Source: Trichinella spiralis (Eukaryota). From it: DNA of 64,000 bases. Shown piece after piece: positions 38,675-53,499 of this stretch. The position numbers and the translations under genes were made by a program. The stretch lies in assembly GCF_000181795.1 (NCBI RefSeq), contig NW_003526941.1, positions 5,002,035 to 5,066,034 on the forward strand. Reading direction: 5' to 3'. Position 1 is the stretch's first letter, and the number at the start of each line of letters is the position of its first letter. The notes below the pieces were generated by a model, which worked only from the letters and a program-made list of their open reading frames with translations, ran no database searches and was not told where the DNA came from.

Positions 38675-41600
38675 CTATATGAGAGTTATCGGAGTCTCAG
38701 GGCTCTGTTTTGATGAATCCAAAACTGCTGCTCCACTAGAAGATGCTTCATTCGGAACTACCTGCACGGATGAGGGTCTCGATTGAATCCGATAATGCTT
38801 TCTACCTGCGTCATCGATAACATAAGTCAGCACTTGAACATTTTTTTTCGCTTTGTCAACCATTCCATTATGAATGGTAGATGCTGCTCTGGAAGATTCA
38901 CAAAAACCATTATTTGTACTATTCAACTTCAATGTCGAAGGTAATGAAATATTGGAAGCACTTAAAGTATCATTTTTGAAGTTACCACGTCCCACCTAAA
39001 AGTTGATCGTGATGAATTAATAAATTAATTACAATTACAATTATAATGTCTCATCATACCTTGTTAAATTTAGCCATCAACAGTGACAATCTCATTTGGT
39101 CTCGTTTCAAATCCCGTAACGTAGCTAAAGGCCGCAGCCCATTTGCATTGAAATTTCTCTTCTCTCCATCCATTTGTACATTTTGACGTAGTAGCAGTAA
39201 TTTTCCATTACCTTCGCAAACTCTGTTCTTCTTAATTATCATAACGTTTTTGCGTATATTAGTTGCTGAACATTCAGCGGTTTTTCTTAATTTATCGCAT
39301 CCCACGGAAGATTTTGACGTCAACAATCGATAACTTCGTATTATCAAAGGTTTGCCATCCGGTCCAATTTTAGGCAACGCAGTTTTCAACAAAGCAACCT
39401 TTTTAAATAATAGAGGTTGATTTCCAGAGGTTTTTAACACTGCATTACCACCACCCTTAGCATGAGCAGTCACTTCCTCTGCAGACACTTGCACCTTTTC
39501 CACCAAAACTGCTTCTGATGAAATTCCCAATGCATTTTGCTCCTTGTCTGAAATGTTGACTTCTGTTCTCAAATCACCATTAACATCAGATGAATTGCCG
39601 TTTACTGTCGAAGCAAATTCATTTCTATCACAAACTGCAGCCGCTTCTAAAAAAAGGTAATCAACAAAAATAACAAAATGAGAATATATAAACGTTCTGC
39701 TGAAGAAGTTTCTGCTGATGGAAAAGACTTACTTGGTGAAGGTAGCAAAGTTTCTACTTCTTTGGGCTCATTTTCATCGGTATTCATTTTGCTCGTCTCT
39801 TTGTTGGTTTCGTTGACAGCATTTGTGAATAGTGTATTACTGCATATATATTCCTCATCATCACCTGTCAAGTCAATTACAATGTTTTTCTCAGAATCTG
39901 ATGCTGAAGCACTTTCAGAATAAGAACTAAGATCAATTATTTCTAAAGTGCTGAAAGAAGATGAACCTGATAAAGATTGGACAGCTGCAACAGGCTCAGA
40001 ATTGCCCTCATTTATCATTGAAGAGGATGCAGCATCTGAGGTTAAACATTCCACTATTGATGTACTATGTTGCAATGGAGCAGGTTCAGACTGTGCATCT
40101 ATCGATGGTGAAGTTTCTGGAACAGATGCTTGTTCATTTACAATGTCTAATTTTTCAGATTCTTTAAAAACTGAATCATTTTCAAGAACCGTCTCAAACT
40201 CCATTGCTGATTCCAAAACAGTGTTAGAAGAGTCTGTGTTTTGTGGACTTTCTGTTGACAATAAAACTGAATTCTTGTCTTTCTGAATAATGCTTTCAGA
40301 ATACTCAGATTGCTGAGAAATTTCACAATTAGCAGAAGAATCTACATTACATGGCAAAGGTGGCTGCTCTAACTTTTCAGGTAACTCATTTTGTAATGCT
40401 GAATCAGTATTTGATGGAAGCAGATCCGGAGAAACAATGCACTCACTAGCTCGTGACTCATTTTCAGTAACTCTATTGTTATCAGAAATATCTTCCAAGG
40501 GACTGACAGCGGAATCTGACTTTCCCACTTCCAGTATTTCCGTTGATAACGGTTTTGCAGAAGTTGGAATCGCCTTTTTATTTGAATTTTTACTTTTTCC
40601 CGCTTTCTTCTTCCTACGTTTCTTCTTCTTCATTTCCAGAGTTACATTCATTCTCGGTACAGCAGTAATTTTATCTTTTTCATTCTCAGAAGAAGAGTTC
40701 CCTTTACTACTGCTCTTTTGCGCAGACTGTCCAATTTCACGATTCTGTTTTCGAGTCATAATTGCATATTTAGTAGTCTTCAATGATTTCGCATTATCAG
40801 AAGCATTCTGGTGATCCAAATTATCAGCAGCTCTTTTGTTTTTAACAGGCTGCTTTAAATTCAGAATTTTCGCTCTCTTTCGCTCCAAACATGACGGTTC
40901 TTCTTCAGCATGCTGAGCAGTTTTCCGCTTCCCACCACTTTTTCGTAAATCATTAGATGACGCTACAGAATCAGAATTAGCGGTAACATCGGAAACAGTT
41001 GCTGTAATGCCATTTTTTTCATTAGTCAGCTCTTGAAATGAACTCGAAATGCCTAAGGTAACAATATGATAAATACAGTTAGTAATAAACTGTTATTATT
41101 AATAAAATAAATTTAACTCATAAGATTTGTAAAATTGCACGTTCAATTCAGCCCACATAAAAGAAATCTATTACAATGAATTACATGAATCATACTAACC
41201 TGATTATCATTTACCTTACAATAAACCCTGCATGAAAATCAATAAACAATTTTGAATAAGATTTTAAATGTCTCATTTTTTCATTATGCCCTCCTCCATA
41301 AGCTGTGATTTAATACTGTTTGAGAATTAATGTAATGAAACATCATAAAAATTACTTTACATTGACACTACAATTGGTATGGATAGAATTCTACTTCACG
41401 AAAGTTATTAACAAGTCAACCAATATTTTCATGAAATTGAAAATGATATGGTTAAATTCAAAAAAAATTTTTTCAGTTGAAGCCATTAATTAAAAAAAAT
41501 TAAATAAGTAATTAACTAAAAATTATTTAAAAGCTTACCACTTATGATGCACAAAAGATGAGCATTTTTTTCATCAAGATGCATTTCATCGCTGAAAGAA

Positions 41601-42184
41601 TTGTTCATCTTCATATTAGTGTGCAAGCAATCACGCAAATGTTCAGCTTGATGCAGTAAAGCATTGCGACACTTATCACTCACAAAAATATTATCAGTCA
41701 TATTTCCTTCTTCAGGTAATTCATTGTCAAGTTCTTCAGAGCACCTAAAATATGTATTTAATTTTCGAAGAATGTTACGTTAAGAGTTTATTCAAGCTGT
41801 TTCTATATCAGATCATCTACCCTTTCAATATGGAATCAGCATGATGCATTTCAGATGATACGTCAGGTTTGAAAGGATTGCATGACGCAGGAATTCTAAA
41901 TTGAAAAGTAAAAGAAATTTTTTATATTTCTTAAATCTATCAACAAACTTTAACAGTCGGCCTAAATGGTAAAATATAAGAGATGAAAAGTCATTGAAGT
42001 GATTACGCTCAAGAAAACACAGTAGCAAAATTCGATATGCTCCCAATTCTAAAACAGAAAAGATTAGAATAGAAAACTTTCGCAAATATATCGTACCGTG
42101 CATGCGGATAGTAGAATTCTTTCCATCGGCAAGAATTTCAATTCTCTTGTGCAAATGCTTCAATGCAAGTTCCAATTTTTGCAT
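38675..42184 (-). CDS. Uncharacterised Ser/Glu/Lys-rich low-complexity, probably nuclear protein (complete copy B)
   Basis: Chain of minus-strand exons (ORFs 41825-42232, 41516-41701, 39647-40888, 39054-39572, 38675-38995) separated by GT-AG introns; NLS-like KKKKRRKKK; no recognisable folded domain. Confidence 0.7.
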
Positions 42185-43876
42185 TTTTTGAAAATAAATA
42201 GATATAAATGTACAACAAAATGTTTGCTTCACAGAAACATAACACTCACAACAACATAAAGTACAACAATAATTGGAACTGACTGAACGTATACTGTAGT
42301 TGCACGTTCAAGTACTTACCTGCTTATCTTTATAATGATGTGACAGAAATAATTACTTACTTAATAATCATATAAACATAATGAAACCACTTTAAAATTT
42401 TTTATTAATTTTTATAACTTAAAACCATCATCAAGAAAATTTAGTTGATGGAAATTTCTTAATCAGATTGCACATAGACAAATTGTCTATATGTAATAAA
42501 ACCAAATTTTAATAACTGGAAATATTAACTTGTGAATTCAAATTATCAAATAGATAGGATTTATTATGTTGACTATCATTAAAAAAATTATTAGATTTTA
42601 CGAGACATTTATGCTGTTTAAAATTATGCAACATACATGTGAATCTGCTTCTGATAACCAAAATATGAGCAAACGCTGCAATTTTCATATTCATTTATTA
42701 CTCATTTAATATAAATGCATACATTCATTTTAGTACACTTACTTTGATTTAAATCTAATAATCAATCATACTGGCAAAAGTTAATCGTAAATTTAAAAAA
42801 GCATTACAAAATTTTTCATGAAATGCAAAATGCATAGAATAAAAATCAAGTGTTTGCAGCATAAAATAGTTTATGTTTTAAAGATTAAATAATATAAATC
42901 TTACTGATTAGAACAATATTTCAAGTAGATAAATGCAAATAATAATTTAATAAAAAATTAGGACTTAATTTTAAATTAATTTATAAACCTAAACTCATGT
43001 TACTAATTATACGGTAATGATGATAAAGTATGATTTGCTACAGTAAAATAAATTTAATACTTGAACGCCAAATTATCAATGAAAATTTTCGTGAAATTAT
43101 TTTTCAGTAAAAAACAGAAAATTTCTTCAAAATACTCATTTAATACTTTTACATGTTAAACTCTTTTATTCTGAAATTGCAGTTTATCATATAATCTGCA
43201 AATGGTTTACACGTTGTTGGTCGATGCTAGTTTTTGATTGGTCGTTAATTCTAGCTACGATATTGGTTATTTTAAATTGATAGTCGATTGGTATATAGTT
43301 GATTACTACATGTTTGCATAACATGGCCTAAAACAAGGTAACTGATTAATTAATAAAAACATTTATTTATACAACGAATATCGACCCCGACTAGGCAGCT
43401 AAGCGCACAATAATGGTCGGGTAGATTCTATATACATTTAGTAAACAACTGTCCACCAATCATGGAGTAAAGAAAATAGTCAACAAAATAGTGGAAACCA
43501 ACGACCTATCAGATTGTAGTAGCAAGCATCTGTCGCAAACCCCTCGTGACTAGCTTTCATGTGACTGCCAAGTATAACTTTTATCTTATTACTTATTTGC
43601 AGTAGGAATAACGGAATAACATCGACCATAGTGCATTCGCCTATTGATACAAAATGAATAGCGTAAGTTTATAAAAATTAATTTTATTATTGCATTGCTG
43701 CAAATCGTAAACTGTTTAAGACGTATTCATTTTATTTCCTATTCATTTCATTAAATCAGTGAATTTTATGGATAGCTGCTAATTATCATCATTCAGTACT
43801 GTTTTCGAAAGATAATGATAGAAATGTAAACAATTACTTCAAATTTAATAAGGGTGTAAAGTGAATCATTAAAAGT

Positions 43877-45009
43877 TTAACTGTTTTCGGAATGATAAAT
43901 CACACTATCCGTTATTTCTTTTTCTAAATGGTCGACGTTTGAAAAAACTTTAACCATGCTTTTATCAGCACTCAATGAAGTACCGCCTACGCTTTTCAGA
44001 AACCAACGACGGTCTTTCCTGCACATAACTGCTTCTCCATCTCCCTAAACACAATTACTTGTACATCATAAATCAGAATGCAGCTCAAATGCTTTATAAC
44101 GTATAGCTAAAGTGACAGCAGATGGCTGTTTAAATTTCAATTTGTAAAGAAAGAACTTTCCATGAGTTGTAATTCAGAATCATTATCCGCCATTTCTTCA
44201 GTGCAAATTGTTTTTGCGCCGCTTTGCGATTCTTCACATTTTCCAATTGGCCAACGTTTGACTGAAATGGCCTTTTTACGATCTAAAAGTTGCTATGCAT
44301 AAGGAATTCAACAGTGAATTTAAACAAGATCCCACTTTTCCATAGAACTCTTCTAATAAAAATACAGTCATCCATGAAATCAGCTATTGAATTGATCATG
44401 CTTGAAAAACAAATTGGCCATGTTCTTCGGCTAAATTGAATCGGGCTTTGCAAAAATAATAAAGCTATATCGTGATCCATTCCTTTGAATGATTTGGCCA
44501 TTGTCGTAAAAAATGCTACATTAACTGTTTCATTGTTTACTGGATTGAAAATATGAAAGCGAATGCAGTTCGTTTCCCTAAATATTCAATATGTGAAAAG
44601 TTTTACAAGAAAGAAATCTGCATGCACTTGAAAAGACAACTAGCCGTGGTAAGTATGACATCTGAATGGGCATTTTCTTTATTAGAGATTACCAAGAAAC
44701 CTAGGCATGTAATTCGCTGATAACCAAAGTATTTGCCTTGACAATATCCTTTTACTTCTATTGACCAAGGCATATACTCTTCGGGTAAGATTGTTTGGTT
44801 ATTTGAGGAATTTAAAAAATCCTGAACTACTGATTTCCCACATTCTTTTGACATATCTCGACCAATTACAAAAGAATACTGATGGTCTACTGGGGCAAAT
44901 ATTTTCCAAGCCATCTAAATAACTTACTATAAAATAAAAGTTGTATTTGCAGCACGTATTATCTTACCACAATAGATGAAAAATAAATGAAAAAAATACT
45001 GCTGCGCAT
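43877..45009 (-). CDS. Secreted trypsin-fold (S1) serine protease homologue, likely inactive (complete copy B)
   Basis: Exon 1 45009-44968 MRSSIFFIYFSSIV spliced in frame to MAWKIFAP..ECGK..MPWS..CLGFLV..LTTASCL; DHDIALL; last exon GDGEAVMCRKDRRWFL..VFSNV; TAA 43877-43879. Confidence 0.75.
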
Positions 45010-46443
45010 CTTTTTGTTTTAAGTGAAATACTAAAATCCGTTCATTTTAGATCGAACGCATACATTTTACAAAATATATATTTACAATAAAGGCAGGTGA
45101 AGATGGCTATGTAAGTATTATTTTATTTTCTTTTCATTAAAAATACTTCGAATAATTAACAGTGAAACATTATTGTAAATTTGCAATACAGAATAATGAT
45201 ATTGAAACTTATTGTGCAAATGATCATCGTCATCAAAGTGCTACAATAAATAAAACACAATTTCACTTAAATGATTGTTTTGAAATATGCATTATTACAT
45301 AGTATTAACACATAACTACATGGAAGCAAGAACAAATAAAACAAAAATAAGCAGCTATACAGACTAGTTTCAGTATTACCCGAATGTCTCCACAAGATTT
45401 TCGACCATGCAGTGTATTTTGAAAGTGTAACAATATTCACTTTCAATAATTTAAAGCATGCAACAATAACATCTGAATTATGCAATAATAAATGACAGTA
45501 AAACTCCTACACAACTACTATTCAAGTGACTGGCAAGCGGGCTTGAAGTTTGAATTGGCAAAGTGCCGGCAGCTCTGCTGTAAATATGACCGAAGACAAC
45601 AAACCTGCCTCATTCGAACTGCTGCTCAACATTTGTCTGCCTCATTATTCGTTAATAAACTGAAACTTTTAGTGTTAGTAGGCAGTTACCTCTGATAAAT
45701 TTAATAAATCAAATACACTTCAGTATTTCAATATCATTCCATTTCTTAACATACAAAAAGTGATTTTCACGTTTTGAATCAAGTTCTCCTAATATGCATT
45801 CAAAAAATTAAAATTTTTCCATAAAAATACTTAAATGTTTTAATTTTATTTATTATATGCAATTCTCTTCGCAAACCATTCAAGTATAAATGAATTAACT
45901 GAAGTATCAATTAAGATTGCAAATCTGCCAAAGAAATTTCTATATTCAATTATAAATCATCAAATAACTTTTATTAAAGTAATTTTAATAATTCTTAAAA
46001 ATGAATTTAACTTTATGTTCAATATTTTAAGTAATGTTTTCTTATATAACATCAAGAAAATTTTTTTTAAACCTGAATATATTTTAAATACCGTACGCTC
46101 CATTTTGTTTTTATCGCTCTACAAGTTTAGCGACTGTTATTCAATAAGTAGTAGGACAGTTTGTCGCTCAGTTGCTTACTCCAGCAACGTATGTAGCAAG
46201 AGGTATATAAATATTTAATATTTTCATCGTCATCTCTTTGTGATTTTTTATTGAAAATTTCTTGTGCTGCTCAATTATTGCTGCATGCAGTTTTCAACAG
46301 GCTAGTGTGTTTTTATTTTAGTTGTTGTTCATTTGATTGAAATATAATTCTCTGTAAATTTCAACGAACATTTCGTGATTATTCTCAACCTGATTTTCAT
46401 TTTTTAACGGTTGCGTGGAAACCGATTTGTCTGTTAATTTGCC

Positions 46444-48573
46444 ATGATGAATATAAGCTTTTCAGACGTGATGATTGATCTCAACGAATGTGTGGACCTA
46501 AATGCTGAGGGAGTGGATATAAAAAATAACAATCGCATACAAGACAAGCAGATGGTCAGTTGTGTGACTGAAAGTGGTACGTCAGAAATGGTGACGCATG
46601 GTCAACGTGGTTGCGCATTAGATTCCGCACGACGATTTACCGAAGCATTCGATGAATGTGATTCGAGCTGCTCAGTACGAAGAAGTTCTAGCATTGAAGA
46701 CGAAGAGAAATCTGCTTTTTCTCATGCTTCTAGTCTTGAGAGTGCTCCACACACTGATTTACCTTCAGATAGAATTGCATCAGACGGAGGAGAGGTATTT
46801 GATGGTGATAGTTCGTCGCTTGGAAGCAGCATCTCTTGCAGTGAAGGTAGCTTTATTCTCACAAATGGTGATGACGCGTCTGCTACTGCTAATCAATGCT
46901 TTCATGAAGAGCCCGAATTAGCTGCCGTCAATTGTCGGCACATAGAAGAAGCGAAAGATTTGGGTCAATGTTTGTCGAGCATTTGTAATGATCTAAATTC
47001 TATAGACACTCTTTTACCTGTGGTTGATTTTGAGAAACTTGAAAAGGATTGGGTACAGGCAGCTAAAGATGTAAATACAAATCAGCGACGTAAAGTAAAT
47101 TTTTCTGATAATTTCCAACTCTCCTGTCTTTATAAGTCAATATTAATTAAGATAATGAGTGAAGAAGTACGTCGTCGTTTAGCAATGGAAGAGCCCGATG
47201 AGCCTTATTGGTGTAATTCTAAACGCCAGTTCAATCGTTTTACACTGAGCTCTAGATTGCAATCGGCAATGAAGTTGCAGGTAAATGAATGGTGTGATAT
47301 TTGCTGCTGCATGTTCTGATTTAAACTTGTATATGCAAGTAACGTAAAATGGCAGCTGTGATTAATTTATAATTTCTTAATTTAATTCTTAATGAAGCTG
47401 TAATTTTATTATGGATGGGCTTGTCGTAAATTAAAAGAAAGGATTATAATAAGCACGATAGCCTGTTTTGAGCACGTTTTGAATTGATCTTTGAAATAGC
47501 TGACGAAATTGATTTTGCACAATTGATGACGCATGCTTTCATTGGTTTATCTTAACCTTTTTTTTATCGTTTTTACCGCAGTTTAGAATTCACGACCTTT
47601 GTTGGGTTGTAGAAATTTGAGAAGTTTTCTTCAATTTAGGTGTGCTTTATTAATGACGACATGCTGTGTGAAGAAAATGATGGAGACGATAAAGTTGTTG
47701 ACGACGGTGTTATTCCGAAAAGCGTTTCTGAACCAAATTTTACCTCAGCACAGTTTTTTGATGTAATATCGTTTTGTTGTAATAATACAGGATAAAAGAC
47801 GTGGGATTATTATTTTGCAGGTTGACGTCAACAATCTTCAACAAGCAGATTCGGAGACTGGAGAATTGTCAAGTCAGCTGAGTGCTTCTGAACTGAGAAG
47901 GAAAAGTTGCGCGGAACAGGAAAACGGAACCTTCATGGCAAGGCAGAAGAGGCTGGAATTTGAGGCGACCATGCTATTCATGAAAGCCAAGGAAACTGCT
48001 CGCATGCAAATGGAAGTAGAAAGACAAGCAAGGCAGAAAAATTCTCTCATAGACAATTTGGTAAATTGCATAAATCATATTCATTTTTTCCTTTTCTATT
48101 TTTTCACTCAAATCGAACTTTTTATTACGTTCAGATTGGATTTCCGATAAGCTGTCAGAAAAAACTCAGTCGATCGCAGCTGACAGCCATGTCAACCACG
48201 CGTCTACAAATTATTCTCAATGACATTCATTCAAAAATTAATGGTATAATTTGTTTGAAAAGATTTTTCTCATTATTCCACTAGAAGAAATATGTTGTCT
48301 TTTTTTCTTCAGCACTTAATGAAGAATTGGTGCAACTGCTGATGCAAAGGGACAGTTTGCACATGGAACAAGATTCAATGCTGGTTGATATTGCTGATTT
48401 TCTACAGTAAGAAGAGTTTGCGTGTTTCGTTGAGTGGTAATTTGTGGGTGAATAAAATTTGAAATTTAAGGCATCAATGCAATCAGAAATCTCTCCTGAC
48501 TGGTGAAAGCTGCACTGAAAGCAAATCCAAAGGGAAAAAATACAATCGGCTGTTGAAAATGTTTCGAAGGTAG
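46444..48573 (+). CDS. SCHIP1: Schwannomin-interacting protein 1 homologue (intact copy B)
   Basis: [65 protein letters not shown] 48571-48573. Start may be ATG 46471 after TTTTCAG. Confidence 0.88.
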
Positions 48574-49456
48574 AGATGTAGAGATTAGTTTCGAATTTGT
48601 TGAATTTTATTCTATTCTATTCCATTTCATAAATTGTTCACAAACTTGTTCCCTGCTCAATTGTATGCATCATCCGCTTTCTGTTTCATTTTTTTTGTTT
48701 TCTATTTTCGCTTATATGAAGTGCTTTTTCAAAAATCGCTGCCTTTAGAGAAGAAAAATTACTATGACTTTTGTGAATTGGCTGAATTTATACTCTTTGA
48801 ATTATGTACCATTGTTAGTTACTTTTTATTCCAATGCTAGCGATAAGACGAAATGAAAGAAATTCAAAATGCTTTGTTTAGTTTTATAATTAAATGGAAT
48901 AACAGAAAAAAAATGTTTTTCTTAATTTTTTGGGGGAAAAAAGATTATTTGAATGGAAAATGTTGGACAAGAAATTGTATTTTCATAATTTTATTTTAAT
49001 ACACGCCTGTCGTCGAATCTCTGCTTATTACGCTTATTCCGTCGTTGTGGATATAGATAATATGTATGATGGGGAATTTCAAAATCAACCAACCACAAAT
49101 GATTCTTACTTTTTACTTGTACTGTAATGTTTTTGAACTGTATTCATAGAGTTCCAGCAATTATCTGACTGAAATTGATTACAGTGTATTTTAGTAATGT
49201 ATAATGAAATAGAATAACAAGAAAATTGGAAAAGCGAAGCGTGTGCTTTTCATAAATTTCATTTTCCAATTGAAAGAGATCAAAATGAAAACTGTATATA
49301 ATTATATGATCAGTTTGCGTTTTAATTTTCTTTTCATCAATTTCATTTTATTGATTAAAAATAGTTTTTCTTAAAAATTTATTCCATATAATTCATAAAT
49401 AATAATAATAATCATAAAAAATTGGATACTCAATAAAAAGAAAATACATGCTTTTA

Positions 49457-50363
49457 TTATGCACCACAAGACATGGCTGTTCGGTTATGGGCATTTCGAA
49501 TTACTACGCCAGTTGCAGATTCATTGTTCAAATGTCTGTCGTAATAAGATTCTCGATTTCCTGTTAAGCGAATCTGAAAAATAATTAAATTGTTCACTGA
49601 ATTCCATTGAAATTGGATAAAGTATAATAATTTTTTACCAGTGCATTTTGACTAGTCATAATTGTAATTTCTATTTGGGGATAAGTTTCAGTTTGATTGA
49701 CGTTGCAGTGTGTTTCGAAATAGCCTTGAAATTTACTGCCTTCAGTTTCCCATACGGTCCAATGAACCTGAAAGTTTCCAATAAAATTGTTGTAATATTT
49801 AAAAATTAAAAACAATATTTGCTTTTACCAAATTTTTTTCCGCAGTCACGAGAAAGACAACTTTTTGTTTGTCGGTTGTAATTTCAATATCGACATAATT
49901 CGATTCAGGTGTCAGTTGGATGCACATAATTTTATGATCCACAGGCTTGAGCATGAAGCTTATTGGAACTGTCTAGAATATTTAATAATTTTTTAAAAAA
50001 AATATCAACGAGAATTTCTGAAAAATTTCTACTACCGTAGGAGTGTGACGATCGTTTGATTTTTTCATCTCAACATTATCCGTTTCCAATTCAACTGTCG
50101 TAATCGTTGTATCCGGTTCAATTGTTGTTGTCTCAGTTTCATTGTTCAGCGTTGTAAGCATATCATTTGTCTGAATCAATTTAATTAATGAGTGAACAAT
50201 TACGAACGACTGTCATTTTTGCACATTTGTAAAACAAAATGCCCATTACACTTACGGTAGTGATGTTTGTTTCAACAGTCTGTTCACAGTATGGCATTTG
50301 AAGGCAAAGAAGGATAATTAATAAATGGTTGAAAAAATGATGCGCGTTCAATTGATAATTCAT
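49457..50363 (-). CDS. Putative secreted Thr-rich orphan protein (copy B)
   Basis: Same spliced model as 10666-11572. Confidence 0.6.
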
Positions 50364-53300
50364 TTTTAACAACAATAACAGCTTACGCTTTCTTCTCTCC
50401 GAACTGAAAATTTCCAATCATGACTAAATTTTATACCATCCACTCACCTGCTGTTGAATACTTCAGCGTGCCAAATAGCACTTTAGTCACGATATAGTTG
50501 GAGCAAAATAAAATTTGTAGCGTTTAAAATATGCAAATTTCTACCACGTCACGCATAATGTTGTTGACCGGCTGTGCAATGCTGATTCGATACCAAAGAA
50601 AGCATTGTTGTCGATTGATATTTGAAAGAGAAGAATATTTTTAAAAAAAAGAAAAAAAGAATACTGCAGCATTATTTGTAATTTTGACAAAATGATTCAT
50701 GTGATGTGATGATCAGCGCTTGTAAACTTTTCTGATACAAAGGGCACTTGCATCATTTGAATTGCTCAAAATGTCAGTAAATGTTAAAAAAAACAATTGA
50801 TTATTATTCAAAAGTAATTATTATTCAACGTATTAAAGTCAAATGAAATGAAATACAAGCATTTATAAATTTATTTACTATATTTTGTTTTTTTGCACGT
50901 AACTTTAAAGTAAACTGTTTATTGTCATTATTTATATGTTCATTCAGCAGAAATGAGCAATCGTCGATGATTAATTCGTCGATGTTTCCACTTTACACTT
51001 ATTGTATATAATATAATCTATTGCATGATAAAATACTGTTTTTTTCTGAAAAATGAAATTGTATAATTTCAAATTACTGTAGTCGTATTTGTTGTTCAGT
51101 TCAATGTATCATTTTTTTGCGACACAGTTCAATTCAGGTCAACTAGTACCTGATTAGGTGAAACCTAGTGATAAAAAGTAAACAAAAATCTGTTGACGTG
51201 ACAATGATTAAAAATCAAATCTGTATCAAAGGAAAAATTTATTCAAATATTATTCATAAAAATCGTAATTTCACAAGCTACTATTGAACAAGTTGTCAAC
51301 ACTTCAGTAAAGATGCAGTTGAACAATTCATTATGATAACAATTTTGTTCAATAATTCCGAATAATAATAATAATCATCAAATATGAAATATTAACGTGA
51401 AAAAAATCGTGAACTTTTTACCTGACACACCTTATCTAGAAATTGTTATAAAAACTCGACCACAAGCGTGCAGCAAAAGTCCAATTTGTCGATTATGAGC
51501 GTCAAGTGAAATAAGATGGAGTTATGGAAATTTCAAAAGTAACGATGATTTAATTTGTACAAAAATTATAAATCAAAATCAAACATTTTGAAATGTAAAT
51601 AATAATACATTGAACATGTTTTGATTTTTATTCAATCTTCATTTTTACGTCGATGATACCGTGTGATTTGTTTATTGAATATTTATATTTATTGAATTTA
51701 TTTCTTATTTTTTATTACATCAACTTTTATTTATATGAATATTCGAAATTAAAAAAACAAACAAACAATTATAATTGATATTTTCCATTTTTTTCTGAAT
51801 TACACAATTTTGCATACGTAAATGATTAATTTCTCATGCAAGTTTTGATTCGATTTTTACATCGCCGACGAACAACTGGCCAACCTCATCAGAACAATCG
51901 ACAAACTTGATCAAAGTTTAATTAAACAAAAACTTGAACAGATAACAAACAAGACGACGAAAAAAAGTGGGATTTATTCAAAAACATCTTCCAAATTATG
52001 CAAAATTATGATCAAATCGAATTCAAACATTCTGTGCCGTGAAATTGTTCAATTTTTAAGCATTATACAGTATTTTAAATTGAATTGGTTACTTGAACTT
52101 CTTGAATACTTAAAGTTGAACTAAATTAGCTGTCAAAAATTGGATTTCAGATCAATAATACAAATTTTGAAATGTAAAAATTTCAACTTATTCGACTTTT
52201 TTAATCATAAAAGAATCAAATAATTGTAATTATCCAATTTATTGGATAATGTGTTTTCTCGTTGTATGAAATTGCAATATTTAAATTGTCAAATAAAATT
52301 TAAAAAAAAGTATTATGTGAAATTAATAAAATTCTTCAAATTACGTACAAATTATACGATTGGATTCTTTTACTGAAAAAGAAACGGATAATTAATTATT
52401 AAGCAGCTATTCATAGCAGGCATTCGTCATGAAGCAACAGAATGATAAGCTATTTTTAACAATTCACTGCCGAGTTTTCCTCGCTCAGACTCGCAGAGAT
52501 GCACACAAACGTTACGTATACGAATAAACTGGTGATGGAAAAATTCAATAAATTTCTTGTTATTTCGCGTTGTCGATGTCATTGGTGAGAAGCGAATGAT
52601 TTCACTTGTTTGCAATGCATTTAAATGACGAACGTTTTAAAGAAATGCAGTATTGTTTTTACAGAAAAAAAAATGTAAGAATACAAGTTTATTATTTTCG
52701 ATTTGAAAATTATTTATTAAAATATATGCAAAAATTAGTTGGAATTTATTCAATCGATCAATTTTACAATTTCAATTCGAAGCGTACGCTATTCAGAGAT
52801 TTTGCCGTTGAAATGGCCAATTCCAGTGGAAAATTGGGTTCACCGCTTGCCCCAGGTATATAATACAGGGTGAATCATTTCTACTGTAATCAATGTTTCC
52901 TGAATTGATTACACTGATTGTCACAATTACATTGACGAAGCGAACAGCGTGGGCATGCTTCAACCCCCTTCATACACAATAATGATAGTCGAGCTTGTTT
53001 TCTTTGCTTTTACCTGTCAGTGCCACTGGTAGGTGATGCCATGAGTGTCCCATGCATATATGCATCCATCCATCCATCCATCTATTCACCAACGTATGCA
53101 GAAACATATATATACACACACACACACGCATCTTTCTCTATACACGTTAAATTAAATAAACTGGTTTCACTGAATCATCAACGTTAACAATATTATGCGT
53201 AATTTCTTCTCAACGTCAGTTACGAAGCATACTCGTATGTCAGACGCACATATGCATATACACGGACATACGTATGCTTTCAAATTATCTACATTCGAAT

Positions 53301-53499
53301 CGGTTGTTTCATCTCGCTTTGCCATCTATTCAATGGTGAAATTTTTACGCTCATTCACCATCGCTGTTTCGCGTTTTCAGGTGATTTGTTTCAATTATAA
53401 AATTCGTATATTTCCATTTTTCAGTTCCAAAAATCTCTCTCTCTCCTCCACCTCTTCTTCAACTTTAAAACTATATCACAAAGTTAACAAAGTGACAAA

